In this document: positions 1 through 8,885 of the stretch, piece by piece
Layout: every line of letters starts with the position of its first letter
Position numbering within the stretch: position 1 is the first letter of the stretch
Assembly: GCA_042216675.1 (NCBI GenBank)
Contig: JBDGTS010000050.1
Span: 1 to 29,145 of the forward strand
Source: Halobacteriaceae archaeon
Lineage (GTDB): Archaea; Halobacteriota; Halobacteria; Halobacteriales; Halobacteriaceae
DNA length: 29,145 nt
Direction of reading: 5' to 3'
Translations under genes and position numbers: made by a program
Notes under the pieces: generated by a model
Seen by the model: only the letters and a program-made list of their open reading frames with translations
The model's database searches: none
What the model was told of the DNA's origin: nothing

Positions 1-314
1 GCGTCCTCGCGCAGTCCTTCGCCCGCATCCACAAGGCGAACCTGTTCAACTTCGGTCTGGTCCCCCTCGAAATCGACGCGGACACCTACGAGCGCATCGA
101 GCAGGGCGACGACATCGAAATCGTCACCGACGTCGCCGAGGCCGTCCGCGACGGCACCGAGGAGTTCACCATCCGCGTCAACGACGAGTGGGAGGCGACG
201 GCCCACCTCGACGCCTCCGAACGCGAGCGCGACATCCTCGCGGCCGGTGGCAAGCTGTCCTACACGAAGCAGCAGGCCGAGGGCGGCGCCGGCGCCACGC
301 CCGCGGACGACTAA
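1..314 (+). CDS. Aconitate hydratase, C-terminal swivel domain (5' truncated by window)
   Basis: Frame from nt 3 reads VLAQSFARIHKANLFNFGLVPL...ERERDILAAGGKLSY...PADD*. SFARIH-x-x-NL and ILAAGG are aconitase C-terminal motifs. TAA at 312-314. Not in the ORF track. Confidence 0.92.
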   Translation, partial: VLAQSFARIHKANLFNFGLVPLEIDADTYERIEQGDDIEIVTDVAEAVRDGTEEFTIRVNDEWEATAHLDASERERDILAAGGKLSYTKQQAEGGAGATPADD

Positions 315-444
315 CCACCTTTTTGCGGCGCTTCGCCGCAAAAAGCTGGACCAAAAAGGCCACTCGCTCCGCGAGCGGTGAACGCGGCGCGCCGCGATGC
401 GGTTCCGCCGCGCCGTGAACGCGGCCTGACGGCCGCGATATGCT
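315..444. repeat. Modular palindromic intergenic element, copy A
   Basis: Perfect 12-bp stem ctttttgcggcg-ctt-cgccgcaaaaag (319-345) flanked by cca/tgg, then accaaaaa, ctcgc-tcc-gcgag, ggtgaac, and cgcggcc-tgac-ggccgcg (420-437) followed by atatgct. Shares architecture with 21380 and 24173. Confidence 0.8.
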
Positions 445-507
445 GCCCCTCGATTTTTGTGTTCTCCGGCCGTGAGGCTCAAATAGCACGTCGGCGTAGC
501 GCCGGCC

Positions 508-1020
508 GTGACAGTCCCCGACGGCCGTGTGGCGGACGTATCCGTCCGGCAGGCGGTGCGCGCGGACCTCTTCGAGGTCTACCGCATCGAGAAGGACTCG
601 TTCCCCCAGCCGTGGCCGTTCTCCGCCTTCGAGCGCTTCCTCGGCGAACCCGGCTTCCTCGTCGCCACAGACGACGAGGCCAGCGGCGACGGCCCCGTCC
701 AGCGCACGGTCCTCGGCTACGTCGTCGCCGACTGCGTGCGGAACCACGGTCAGCCGTTCGGGCACGTGAAGGACATCGCCGTCCACCCCCAGCGCCGCGG
801 CGAGGGCGTCGGCGCGGCGCTGTTGGCGCGGGCGCTCGACGCCCTCCGTCGGCAGGGCGCGACGACGGCCAAACTCGAAGTCCGGCCGAGCAACGAGGCC
901 GCCCGCTCGCTGTACGCCGACTTCGGCTTCGACAGGCTCCGGACGGTGCCGGGGTACTACGACGACGGCGAGGACGCGCTCGTGTACGTCCGCCCCCTCG
1001 GCGCCGACTCGGAGGCGTGA
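508..1020 (+). CDS. rimI: RimI-type N-acetyltransferase (GNAT)
   Basis: IEKDSFPQPW, HVKDIAVHPQRRGEGVG acetyl-CoA motif, LEVRPSNEAARSLY, YYDDGEDA. GTG start. Confidence 0.9.
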   Translation: MTVPDGRVADVSVRQAVRADLFEVYRIEKDSFPQPWPFSAFERFLGEPGFLVATDDEASGDGPVQRTVLGYVVADCVRNHGQPFGHVKDIAVHPQRRGEGVGAALLARALDALRRQGATTAKLEVRPSNEAARSLYADFGFDRLRTVPGYYDDGEDALVYVRPLGADSEA

Positions 1021-1051
1021 GACGTTTGGCGCGCCGGCTCCAACCCCGCGT

Positions 1052-1435
1052 ATGGGCTACGCCTGTCCGGTCTGCGGGGCGCCACAGCGCGACGGCGAAC
1101 ATCTCGCCAACCACCTCGCGTTCACCGCCGTCCTCCGCGGCGGCGACCACGAGTCGTGGCTCGACGAGCGCATCGCCGACTGGGCGGACCGCGACCCGGC
1201 GTCGCTGGCCGACGACGTGACCGACTACGCCGACGAAGAGGAGTTCCCACAGATTTTCGAGGACACGACGGACGACCACGACCACGGCCACCCCTTCGAG
1301 GACGCCGTGGCCGAGCAGAGCGGCTACGGCCGCGACGGGGGCGCGGACCTCGACCCCGAGACCGAGGCCGTCCTCGAGGAGGCGCGGGACCTCACGGCCG
1401 AGATGCTCGACGAAGACGACAACGGGAAGGAGTAG
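1052..1435 (+). CDS. Conserved haloarchaeal protein with N-terminal Zn-finger-like motif (DUF5810-like)
   Basis: MGYACPVC...HLANH motif, acidic composition; family recalled, not searched. Confidence 0.75.
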   Translation: MGYACPVCGAPQRDGEHLANHLAFTAVLRGGDHESWLDERIADWADRDPASLADDVTDYADEEEFPQIFEDTTDDHDHGHPFEDAVAEQSGYGRDGGADLDPETEAVLEEARDLTAEMLDEDDNGKE

Positions 1436-1453
1436 CGTCCCCCTCTCGGGCAC

Positions 1454-1882
1454 ATGGAGACGCTGGGCGAGTTCGCCCCCGCCACCCCCGAGGCCGTCGC
1501 CGACCGGTTCGAGGCGCTCGGCCCCGTCGCGCAGACGGTGACGAAGGAGGTGGCCAAGGCCATGGAGTTCGACGCCGAGGAGTACCGCAGTCGGGTGACG
1601 AGCGACGTGGTGGAGACGGCCCGCGAGGCCCTCTTCGCCTCCCTGCTCGAAGTCCACGTCGGGACGCGCGCGGAGTTCGAGAGCGCCGTCGAAGCGTCCG
1701 ACTACGAGGTGGTCGAACGCGGCCACCCCGACGTGGAGCGCGTCGTCTGGCACGTCGCCGACGCCGCGGACACCGTCGTCGCGGCCACGTTCGCCGAGGA
1801 GCAGGCCGCCGCGGTGGGGACGCTCCGCCGGCAGGCGTTCGGCGAGGTGTACCGGGACCTGTTGGGGCTGGACGATGAGTGA
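1454..1882 (+). CDS. Conserved haloarchaeal hypothetical protein (DUF5809-like)
   Basis: Acidic 142-aa ORF in a co-directional cluster; AREALFASLL and TLRRQAFGEVY segments resemble the recalled family. Confidence 0.7.
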   Translation: METLGEFAPATPEAVADRFEALGPVAQTVTKEVAKAMEFDAEEYRSRVTSDVVETAREALFASLLEVHVGTRAEFESAVEASDYEVVERGHPDVERVVWHVADAADTVVAATFAEEQAAAVGTLRRQAFGEVYRDLLGLDDE

Positions 1883-2450
1883 GGGCCACGACTGGCCGAT
1901 TCGGGAGTCCCGAACCGAGTACGAGACGGGGTGGTACGAGGGCGGCTTCGACCTCGTGGAACAGCCGGACGGGTCGACCAAGCGCTACTACTGGGCGCGT
2001 CTCCCGCCCGCCGTCGTCGTCGTGGCACTCGACGGCGACGACGTGCTGATGGTCCGGCAGTACCGCCCGACGACGCGGCGCGCGTTCCTCGAACTGCCGG
2101 CGGGCATCGTCGAGGACGAGGACGGCGCGGTGTCCCCCGAGGACGGCGCCGCGCCCGGCGCCTACGAGACGGCCGCGCGCCGCGAACTCGAAGAGGAGAC
2201 CGGCTACGTCGCTGACGAGGCGACGTGCATCCAGCGCTCGTGGGTCGCGACGGGCGTCCTCCGGCACGAACGCGGCGTCGTGGTCGCGCCCGACGTGGCC
2301 GCGGGCGGGGAGCGAGCGCTGGAGACGAACGAGTTCATCACCGTCGACCGGGTGCCCCGCGACGAGGCCGTCGAGCGAGTGCGCGCGGCCCCCGCCAACG
2401 ACGCGACGATGGAGGCGCTCCTGCTGGCGGACCGCGACGGCTACCTCTGA
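1875..2450 (+). CDS. NUDIX hydrolase (ADP-ribose pyrophosphatase-like)
   Basis: VRQYR, LELPAGIVE, AARRELEEETGY Nudix box with a short insertion; 8-bp overlap with the upstream gene. Confidence 0.9.
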   Translation: MSEGHDWPIRESRTEYETGWYEGGFDLVEQPDGSTKRYYWARLPPAVVVVALDGDDVLMVRQYRPTTRRAFLELPAGIVEDEDGAVSPEDGAAPGAYETAARRELEEETGYVADEATCIQRSWVATGVLRHERGVVVAPDVAAGGERALETNEFITVDRVPRDEAVERVRAAPANDATMEALLLADRDGYL

Positions 2451-2481
2451 ACTTATCAGCGTCCGTCCCCCACCCGTGGCC

Positions 2482-2829
2482 ATGGACGGCGAAGTCACGC
2501 CCGAGGACGTTGCGGAGTTGTACGACGAGGACGGCGTCGCCATCGTCGACATCCGGGCGCCGTCGGCGTTCGCGCGCGGCCACATCCCGGGGAGCCACTC
2601 GATTCCGTTTCAGGAGGTGCCCACCGCGGCCGAGACAGTTGCGGACGCCGACCGCATCGTGACGGTGTGTCCCCACGGCGAGGCCAGCGTCCGCGCGGCC
2701 CGCCTGCTCGCGGCCGCCGAGGCGATCGACGACGACACGCGCATCGAGAGCATGGCCGGCGGCATCACGTCGTGGGAGGGGGCGTTGGAGACGGCTGACG
2801 CCGACGAGACGGCCGACGCCCCGTTCTGA
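2482..2829 (+). CDS. Rhodanese-like domain protein
   Basis: IVDIR...FARGHIPGS, active-site loop VCPHGEAS, SMAGGITSW. ATG 2482 lies about 30 nt after TATA-like cttatc. Confidence 0.88.
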   Translation: MDGEVTPEDVAELYDEDGVAIVDIRAPSAFARGHIPGSHSIPFQEVPTAAETVADADRIVTVCPHGEASVRAARLLAAAEAIDDDTRIESMAGGITSWEGALETADADETADAPF

Positions 2830-2878
2830 CCGGCGCTGCCGCTCGACGACGGGGAGAAGACGGAGGAAGCGTCGCCGG

Positions 2879-3172
2879 TCAGGCGACGTTGAAGCCCTTG
2901 TCGCGGAGGAAGTCCTCGACGCGACCCGTGTGGTTGCCTTGGAGCTCGATCTCGCCGTCCTCGACGGTGCCACCGCACGCGAACTTGGATTTGAGTTCGG
3001 AGGAGAGGGTGTCGAGATCGACGTCCTGTGGGTCGAAGCCCTCGATGATCGTTACTTCCTTTCCGTAGCGGCGCTCGTCGATGCGGATGTTTATCTGCTG
3101 AGACTCCTTTGCGACGTCCTCGCAAACGCAGAGCTCCTCAGGCAGCCCGCACGTCGAGCAGACTTCTGCCAT
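2879..3172 (-). CDS. Translation initiation factor aIF1 (SUI1/YciH family)
   Basis: [14 protein letters not shown]-terminus, [30 protein letters not shown]. Confidence 0.96.
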   Translation of the reverse strand: MAEVCSTCGLPEELCVCEDVAKESQQINIRIDERRYGKEVTIIEGFDPQDVDLDTLSSELKSKFACGGTVEDGEIELQGNHTGRVEDFLRDKGFNVA

Positions 3173-3183
3173 TACGCGTGCGG

Positions 3184-5430
3184 CTACGAGAGCAATCTAT
3201 TAAACAGTGTCGCCACCCCGACCCGCTCGGAGACGTAGGCGTCGGCGAGGCGACGGGCCTCCGCGGCCTCGTCCTCGGTCACCGTCCCGCCGTACCGCGC
3301 CCGCTCTCGGATGGCGGCCACCGTCGCCGCACGCTCGTCCGGGTTCACGTCGTCGATGTACTCTCGGACCGTCTCGCCCGGCCGGCGCTCCCGCTCTAAC
3401 TGCTCGATGACGTACTCGACGCGGGCGAACGCGCCCTCGACGGCCACCGTCGGGTCGTCGGTGCGGGGCTGCCACCGGAGCCAGACGCTCCGGTACGCGC
3501 GGTTCGCGAATCCGCTCCGGCGCGCACCGGCGGTGAGGCCGACGCCGATGACGCTCCAGATGGCGAGGACGTTCAGCGGCGGCAACCGAGGCACCGGAAG
3601 CCCGCCGCCGCCCCCGTCGTTCTGTTCCCCGCCGCCCCCGTCGTTCTGTTCCCCGCCGCCGACGGCCGCGGGGTCGTCGGGGAGCGGCCGCGAAGGGCCG
3701 AGCGTCGTCCCGTTCCCCTCCTCGATGCCCCCTCTGTCGGTGAACAGCGTCCGCTGGAGCGTCGGTCCTGCGCCCCCGCCCACCGTGGCCGTCGGGGTAC
3801 TCGTCGGCGTCGACGTCGCGTTCTGGCTCCCCGCGGCGTCGACGTCCTCGCGCCCGGCCTCGCGGGCGGCTTCGAGCTCCGCGGTTTCGGCCTCGCGGCG
3901 CGGTTCGGACGGGGTCGGGTCGAAGCGAACCCAGCCCTGATTCGGCACGTACATCTCGACCCACGCGTGTGAGTCGTAGCCGCGGACGACGTAGGTGTCG
4001 CCGTCCACTTGCTGGCCCGACGTGTAGCCGACGACGTAGCGCGCGGGGATGCCCTGCGTGCGGAGCATCGTCACCATCGTCGTCGCGAAGTAGACGCAGT
4101 AGCCCGACTCCATCTCGAAGAGGAACGACTCCGCGACGCTCCCGCCGGGGTCGGTGACGCTGGTGTCGTACTCCTTCGTCGACGAGAGCCACTGCTCGAT
4201 GCGCTCGGCACGCGCGTAGTCGGAGTTCGCGCCCTCGGTGATGTTCGCGGTCAGTCGCGCCACGCGTTTCCCCGTCGTCTCGGGGACCTGCAGATAGGCG
4301 TCCTCGACCCAGTCGGGGTAGTCGTCGCCCGCCTGCCGGAGCGTCCGCTCCGGGGCGTCGGGGACGAGACTCTGCACGCGGTACTGGTCGCCCGAGCGGA
4401 GCGTCTCCGTCAGGTCGAGGGTGCCCTGTGCGGTCACGGCCACCTCGGCGTTGGACACCGACTGCGGCCGCGCGGCCGCGGCGAACACGTCGAGAGTGGA
4501 CTTCGCGGTGAACGTCTGTGTCACGCTGGCGCGGTCCCCGGGTGGTCTGTCGCGGGGCTGGTCGAGTGGCTGGTTCGACCCGGTGCGAATCCACCCGCTC
4601 CCGGTGTAGCGGTCGTAGGCCGCCACCCGCCAGTAGGCCTCCCGCTCGCTGTCGACGACGAAGCGCACCTCGGGCGAGAGGCGGATGCTCCCGCCCACGT
4701 CGGCTCTGTCGTCCGCCCGCACGAGGTCCGCCTGTATCGATGACCCGGCGTTCGGGAGCAGGGGGGTGCCGGCGCTCCCCGGCACGGCCGTCACCGTCGC
4801 CGAGGCCAGCACCATCACCGCGAGCGCCGCGGCCAGCGTCTCGACTTGGTCCTGACTGCCGCCGTGGCGAGCGAGGGCGCTGAAGCCGAGCGCCGCCGTC
4901 ACGCCGACGACGCCGAGCATCGTCGTCATCGTGTTCGCGTCGCCGGTGAGGACGAAGAAGCCGAGCAGCACCGCGCTGACGGCCGCACTCCGGACGTACT
5001 CGCGGCGGACGGCGAAGTACGTCGCGAGGAACGCCGGGCCGGGGCCGACGGCGAGCGCCCACGTCCCGGCGTTCGTCATCCGGAACACCGAGAAGCCCGT
5101 GAGCAGGGCCACCATGTCGGCGACGAACCGGCTCGGACTCATCGCCGCCCAGTAGGTGGGCGGCACGGAGTTGAGGTAGCCCGCCAGCCCCAGCGCCAGC
5201 AACCCGGCGCTCAGCGCGAGAGCCTGCCGGTGGGTGAGCGTACTCGCGAACACCGCGCCGACGACGACGGCGCCGCCGACGAAGAAGATGAACTGCGCGC
5301 TGCCGCCGACGACTTCGACGACGCCGTACAGCACGGAGAGCCACGTCCCGGTGACGACGGCGATGTTCGCCAGCGCCGCGAGCTGGAGGAGACTCGACCC
5401 GGGGTTGCGGACGACGCTGCGGACGCTCAT
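3184..5430 (-). CDS. Membrane-anchored transglutaminase-like protein (TgpA-like, DUF4129-type C-terminus)
   Basis: N-terminal TM helices, [12 protein letters not shown], catalytic GYCVYFA (Cys), HAWVE (His), FDPT (Asp), then C-terminal TM and [10 protein letters not shown]. Confidence 0.92.
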   Translation of the reverse strand: MSVRSVVRNPGSSLLQLAALANIAVVTGTWLSVLYGVVEVVGGSAQFIFFVGGAVVVGAVFASTLTHRQALALSAGLLALGLAGYLNSVPPTYWAAMSPSRFVADMVALLTGFSVFRMTNAGTWALAVGPGPAFLATYFAVRREYVRSAAVSAVLLGFFVLTGDANTMTTMLGVVGVTAALGFSALARHGGSQDQVETLAAALAVMVLASATVTAVPGSAGTPLLPNAGSSIQADLVRADDRADVGGSIRLSPEVRFVVDSEREAYWRVAAYDRYTGSGWIRTGSNQPLDQPRDRPPGDRASVTQTFTAKSTLDVFAAAARPQSVSNAEVAVTAQGTLDLTETLRSGDQYRVQSLVPDAPERTLRQAGDDYPDWVEDAYLQVPETTGKRVARLTANITEGANSDYARAERIEQWLSSTKEYDTSVTDPGGSVAESFLFEMESGYCVYFATTMVTMLRTQGIPARYVVGYTSGQQVDGDTYVVRGYDSHAWVEMYVPNQGWVRFDPTPSEPRREAETAELEAAREAGREDVDAAGSQNATSTPTSTPTATVGGGAGPTLQRTLFTDRGGIEEGNGTTLGPSRPLPDDPAAVGGGEQNDGGGGEQNDGGGGGLPVPRLPPLNVLAIWSVIGVGLTAGARRSGFANRAYRSVWLRWQPRTDDPTVAVEGAFARVEYVIEQLERERRPGETVREYIDDVNPDERAATVAAIRERARYGGTVTEDEAAEARRLADAYVSERVGVATLFNRLLS
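3198..3204 (-). promoter_or_regulatory. TATA box of the aIF1 gene, embedded in the 3' end of the transglutaminase CDS
   Basis: Minus strand TTTAATA about 26-32 nt upstream of ATG 3172; leaderless spacing. Confidence 0.65.
3605..3660. repeat. 24-bp in-frame tandem repeat x2.3 (GGGGEQND linker)
   Basis: ccgccgcccccgtcgttctgttcc at 3605-3628 and 3629-3652 plus a partial copy. Confidence 0.9.
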
Positions 5431-6419
5431 CCCGTCACCCCCGCGCTCCGCTTCGTCTGGAGCGCGATGTCCTCGAACTGGTGGGTCTCGCGGCCGGCGC
5501 GGACGCGGGCGCCGCCCTCGCCGGGGCGCACCTCCACGTCGGCGGCCTCCATGTCCGGTTGCGGCCCGTCGCCGTCGTAGGCCGCGAGCGCGGTCAACAG
5601 GTCACGGCGGTGGTCGTTGCCCGCGCCCGGCCCGATGCTCCGCCGGGGGGTTATCAGCCCCACCGAGAGGCCGGCGTCGAGCATGTGGACGACGAGCGTC
5701 GCCGCCGCCTCGGCGGTGGCGTCGGGGTTCGGTCCGCGGTCCACGCCGACGAGGACGTTCCGCTCGGCGCCCTCGCCGGCGTACTCCGTGACCACGAGGT
5801 CCCCGGCGCGCTTGGCGCTGGCCTTCCAGTTCACGTCGCGAAGGTCGTCGCCGCGCTGGTACTCTCGGATGGAGTCGAACTGCTCGCGTTCGTCCGTCAG
5901 GCCGACGTAGCCCGACACGATGCCGGCGCTCTCGTACAGGGGCCGGATCCGCGGGAACACGACCACCTCGTCGGTGACGGGCGCGGTGAACGTCACTTTC
6001 CAGAGGCCGAACACGTCCGTCGCCGTCACCGTCACCGGCCCCAGTTCGAAGATGCCGCGCTCTCGGAGGCCGAGTTCGTACCGGAGCGGGTTGCCGTCCG
6101 AGACGCTGTGGAACGTCGGGTCGGCGACGAGTCCCTCGGGCACGGCGTCGCTGACCGTGACGCTGACCGAGCGGTCGCCCGCGACGGAGAGTTCCACCTC
6201 GGCCGTCTCGTCCGGAAAGCCGTAGCCCGGGGCGTCGCGGTCGACCCGGGGCTCGGTCACGCGCCTGATTCCCAGCCACGACACCCCGAGCAGCACGGCG
6301 CCCGGCACCACGACGGCGTTGAGGCTCCGGCCGCCGAACAGCCATCCCATCGCGAACCCGACGACCACGACGACGACGACGGCAGCGCCGCGTCGCGTGA
6401 GTCGCCGGTCGCCGCTCAT
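5427..6419 (-). CDS. DUF58 domain protein
   Basis: FDSIREYQRGDDLRDVNWKASAK signature; 4-bp overlaps with both neighbours. Confidence 0.93.
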   Translation of the reverse strand: MSGDRRLTRRGAAVVVVVVVGFAMGWLFGGRSLNAVVVPGAVLLGVSWLGIRRVTEPRVDRDAPGYGFPDETAEVELSVAGDRSVSVTVSDAVPEGLVADPTFHSVSDGNPLRYELGLRERGIFELGPVTVTATDVFGLWKVTFTAPVTDEVVVFPRIRPLYESAGIVSGYVGLTDEREQFDSIREYQRGDDLRDVNWKASAKRAGDLVVTEYAGEGAERNVLVGVDRGPNPDATAEAAATLVVHMLDAGLSVGLITPRRSIGPGAGNDHRRDLLTALAAYDGDGPQPDMEAADVEVRPGEGGARVRAGRETHQFEDIALQTKRSAGVTG

Positions 6420-7408
6420 TCGGGGCTCACCCGCTGGAGCGCCTTCCCCACGAGGTCACGGGCGCTGTCGCCGCCCAGCGACCCGCCGTTGTCGGCGCGG
6501 ATGCGGTGTGTCAGCACGGTCGGTGCTTCCGCCTTCACGTCGTCGGGCACGACGTAGTCCCGGCCGTCGAGGACGGCGCGGGCCTGTGCCGCGTGGAGGA
6601 GCGAGATGGAGCCACGGGGACTCGCGCCCAGTGCGCCGTGGTTCCGGGTGTAGGTCACCAGTTCGGTGACGTACTCGCGGATGGGCTCCTCCACCGTCAC
6701 GTCCGCGGCGGTGGCGCGCGCCCGTCGGAGGGCCTCGATGCTCCCGATGGGTTCGACGCTCTCGATGGGGTGGGAGCCGACGGCGCGGCGCAGGACCTCC
6801 TGTTCGTGGGCCTGTGAGGGGTATCCGAGTTCGAGGTGCTTCATGAACCGGTCCACCTCGGCGACGGGGAGTTCGTACGTCCGCTCCCGCTCGACGGCGT
6901 TCTGCGTCGCGACGACGACGAACGGGTCCGGCACGGGTCGCGTCTCGCGGTCCGTCGTCACCTGCTCTTCCTCCATCGCTTCGAGGAGGGCGGACTGCGT
7001 TTTCGGCGGCGCGCGGTTGATTTCGTCCGCGAGAACGACGTTGCCGAAGATGGGGCCGGGTTGGAACTCGAACTCGCCGGTGCCCTCGTTGTACACGTTC
7101 ACGCCCGTCACGTCCGTCGGGAGGAGGTCGGGCGTGAACTGGACCCGCGTGAACGTGCCCCCGACGGACCGCGCCGTCGCCCGTGCGAGCATCGTCTTCC
7201 CCACGCCGGGCACGTCGTCGAGGAGGACGTGCCCGCGGGCGAGAATCGCCGTTACGAGGTGCTCGACGACGTCGTGTTTGCCGACGATGACCGTCTCGAT
7301 GTTCTCGATGAGGTCGCGCGCCAGTTGCTCCGCCTCCGTCACCGGGAGGGGTTCGACGCTGCCCGCGTCGGGCCGTGCCGCTGTCGGGTCCACGTTAGCG
7401 TCTGTCAT
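6416..7408 (-). CDS. moxR: MoxR family AAA+ ATPase
   Basis: Walker A DVPGVGKT, RVQFTPDLLPTD, Walker B LADEINRAPPKTQSALLEAM, GASPR. Confidence 0.96.
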   Translation of the reverse strand: MTDANVDPTAARPDAGSVEPLPVTEAEQLARDLIENIETVIVGKHDVVEHLVTAILARGHVLLDDVPGVGKTMLARATARSVGGTFTRVQFTPDLLPTDVTGVNVYNEGTGEFEFQPGPIFGNVVLADEINRAPPKTQSALLEAMEEEQVTTDRETRPVPDPFVVVATQNAVERERTYELPVAEVDRFMKHLELGYPSQAHEQEVLRRAVGSHPIESVEPIGSIEALRRARATAADVTVEEPIREYVTELVTYTRNHGALGASPRGSISLLHAAQARAVLDGRDYVVPDDVKAEAPTVLTHRIRADNGGSLGGDSARDLVGKALQRVSPE

Positions 7409-7490
7409 GTCTGGGATGTGTCCGCCCGCGTCGCGAAACAGGTGATGTCAGTCGCCCGTCGTATGTATGTCTGTTGGTCACACGGACCGC

Positions 7491-7643
7491 TCACGACCAC
7501 GACTTGCAGTCCGCACAGCGCAGTCCGTCCTCGTCGCGCCACAGGCGTTCGACGCTGGCCGAACAGGCCACGCAGGACGCCCCCGTCGGTTCCCATCGGT
7601 AGGTGCCCGCCGCGTCGCCGCCGAATGTGGTGTTCTCTGTCAC
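7491..7643 (-). CDS. Small zinc-finger microprotein (two CxxC), 50 aa
   Basis: MTENTTFGGDAAGTYRWEPTGASCVACSASVERLWRDEDGLRCADCKSWS. GTG 7643 lies about 28 nt after TTTATG (7676-7671, minus). Confidence 0.8.
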   Translation of the reverse strand: MTENTTFGGDAAGTYRWEPTGASCVACSASVERLWRDEDGLRCADCKSWS

Positions 7644-7677
7644 AGTGAACGGCTTTAGGCCCCCGGAGCGCATAAAT

Positions 7678-7694
7678 CCCGCCGTTCCGGCGGG
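7678..7694. promoter_or_regulatory. Inverted repeat between divergent small genes
   Basis: cccgccg-ttc-cggcggg, 7-bp arms, immediately upstream of the minus-strand TATA box. Confidence 0.4.
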
Positions 7695-7744
7695 TCTACC
7701 GACGTTCCGGTGGGCCTAAGGCGCTCGCGGCGCCGCCATCACGT

Positions 7745-7948
7745 ATGGCCTCGCCGCTCGGCGTCGCTGACCTCGTAGAGTCGTTCAGAACCGTCGCCAC
7801 CGCGGACCCCCTCTCGGCGCTGTTGCTCGTCGTCGGTGCCGTCCTCGTGGGCGTCAGCGCCGGTGGCTTCGGCATCCTCGCACTCGGCGGACTCGTGGAC
7901 GCTATCGTTCCGGACGAACTGGGTCGAGAGCCTCCCCGAGAAGCCTGA
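7745..7948 (+). CDS. Small hypothetical membrane protein (67 aa)
   Basis: Long hydrophobic segment after ADPLSALLL; cctaag TATA-like about 28 nt upstream; 47-bp convergent overlap with the mer-like gene. Confidence 0.7.
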   Translation: MASPLGVADLVESFRTVATADPLSALLLVVGAVLVGVSAGGFGILALGGLVDAIVPDELGREPPREA

Positions 7949-8885
7949 TTGCCGCCGCGGGGTCCGGTCCGAGCGGCCACCCCGCGACCAGTCCGTCCAC
8001 GTCCCGCAGCAGGGCCGACAGGCCGTCGGCCACTTCTGCCGGCGTCCCCGCGACGCAGAACGCCTCCAGCATCGCCGGCGTCACGCGCTCCGCGGCGGTG
8101 CGGAACTCGCCGGCCTCGACGGCCGCAGCGACGCGCGCCGCCGCCTCCCGGTCGACGTCGTGTCTGTCGAGGACCGGGTCGGCGGCGCCCGCGGCGACGA
8201 ACGCCACGGGGAACCGGGCCTCCGCGCGGGCCGCGTCGCCGTCCTCCGCGACGCTCGTCACCGCGTAGGCCACCGTCTCGAAGTCGCCGCGCTCCGCGGG
8301 TCGCTCGGCGTTCCCCTCAGCGATGCGGTCGACCGCCCACGATACGTCGCGAGGGTGCGAGGCGTTGACGAGGGCCCCGTCGGCGTGCTTGGCGGCCATC
8401 CGGAGCATGTCGGGGCCTTGCGCGCCGACGTAGACGGGCACGGCCTCGGCGTCGAAGTTCAGGCCCGCGTCGCGTGCGACGAACGTGCCGTCGTGGCTCA
8501 CTCGCTCACCGGCCCACAGTTGCCGGGCGACGCGCATCGTCTCTAGCACCCGTCGGAGGGGTCGGTCCTGCTCGATGCCCAGATTCGAGAGCGTCGAGCG
8601 GTCGCCCGGTGCGAGGCCACAGAGCGTCCGGCCGGACGCCGCCTCTGCGAGCGTCGCCACCGACCCCGCGAGTTTGACGGGATGGGTCTCGTAGGGGTTC
8701 GCCGCCGCCGGGCCGACGCGAATCGTGGCCGTCTCCTCGGCCACTCGCTGTGCGGCCAGCATCGGGTCGCGGTTGTTGTAGTGGCAACTCACCAGCGCCG
8801 CGTCGAAGCCCTCGGCTTCGGCCGCCGCGCCGAGGGCCGCCACCTCGCCCAGCGGTTCCTCGGGGGCGAGTTCAATCCCCAGCAT
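7902..8885 (-). CDS. mer: F420-dependent luciferase-like oxidoreductase (Mer, methylene-H4MPT reductase-like)
   Basis: HYNNRDP, ANPYETHPVKLA, GLAPGD, VYVGAQGPDML, LVNASHP; overlaps cofE. Confidence 0.88.
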   Translation of the reverse strand: MLGIELAPEEPLGEVAALGAAAEAEGFDAALVSCHYNNRDPMLAAQRVAEETATIRVGPAAANPYETHPVKLAGSVATLAEAASGRTLCGLAPGDRSTLSNLGIEQDRPLRRVLETMRVARQLWAGERVSHDGTFVARDAGLNFDAEAVPVYVGAQGPDMLRMAAKHADGALVNASHPRDVSWAVDRIAEGNAERPAERGDFETVAYAVTSVAEDGDAARAEARFPVAFVAAGAADPVLDRHDVDREAAARVAAAVEAGEFRTAAERVTPAMLEAFCVAGTPAEVADGLSALLRDVDGLVAGWPLGPDPAAAIRLLGEALDPVRPER

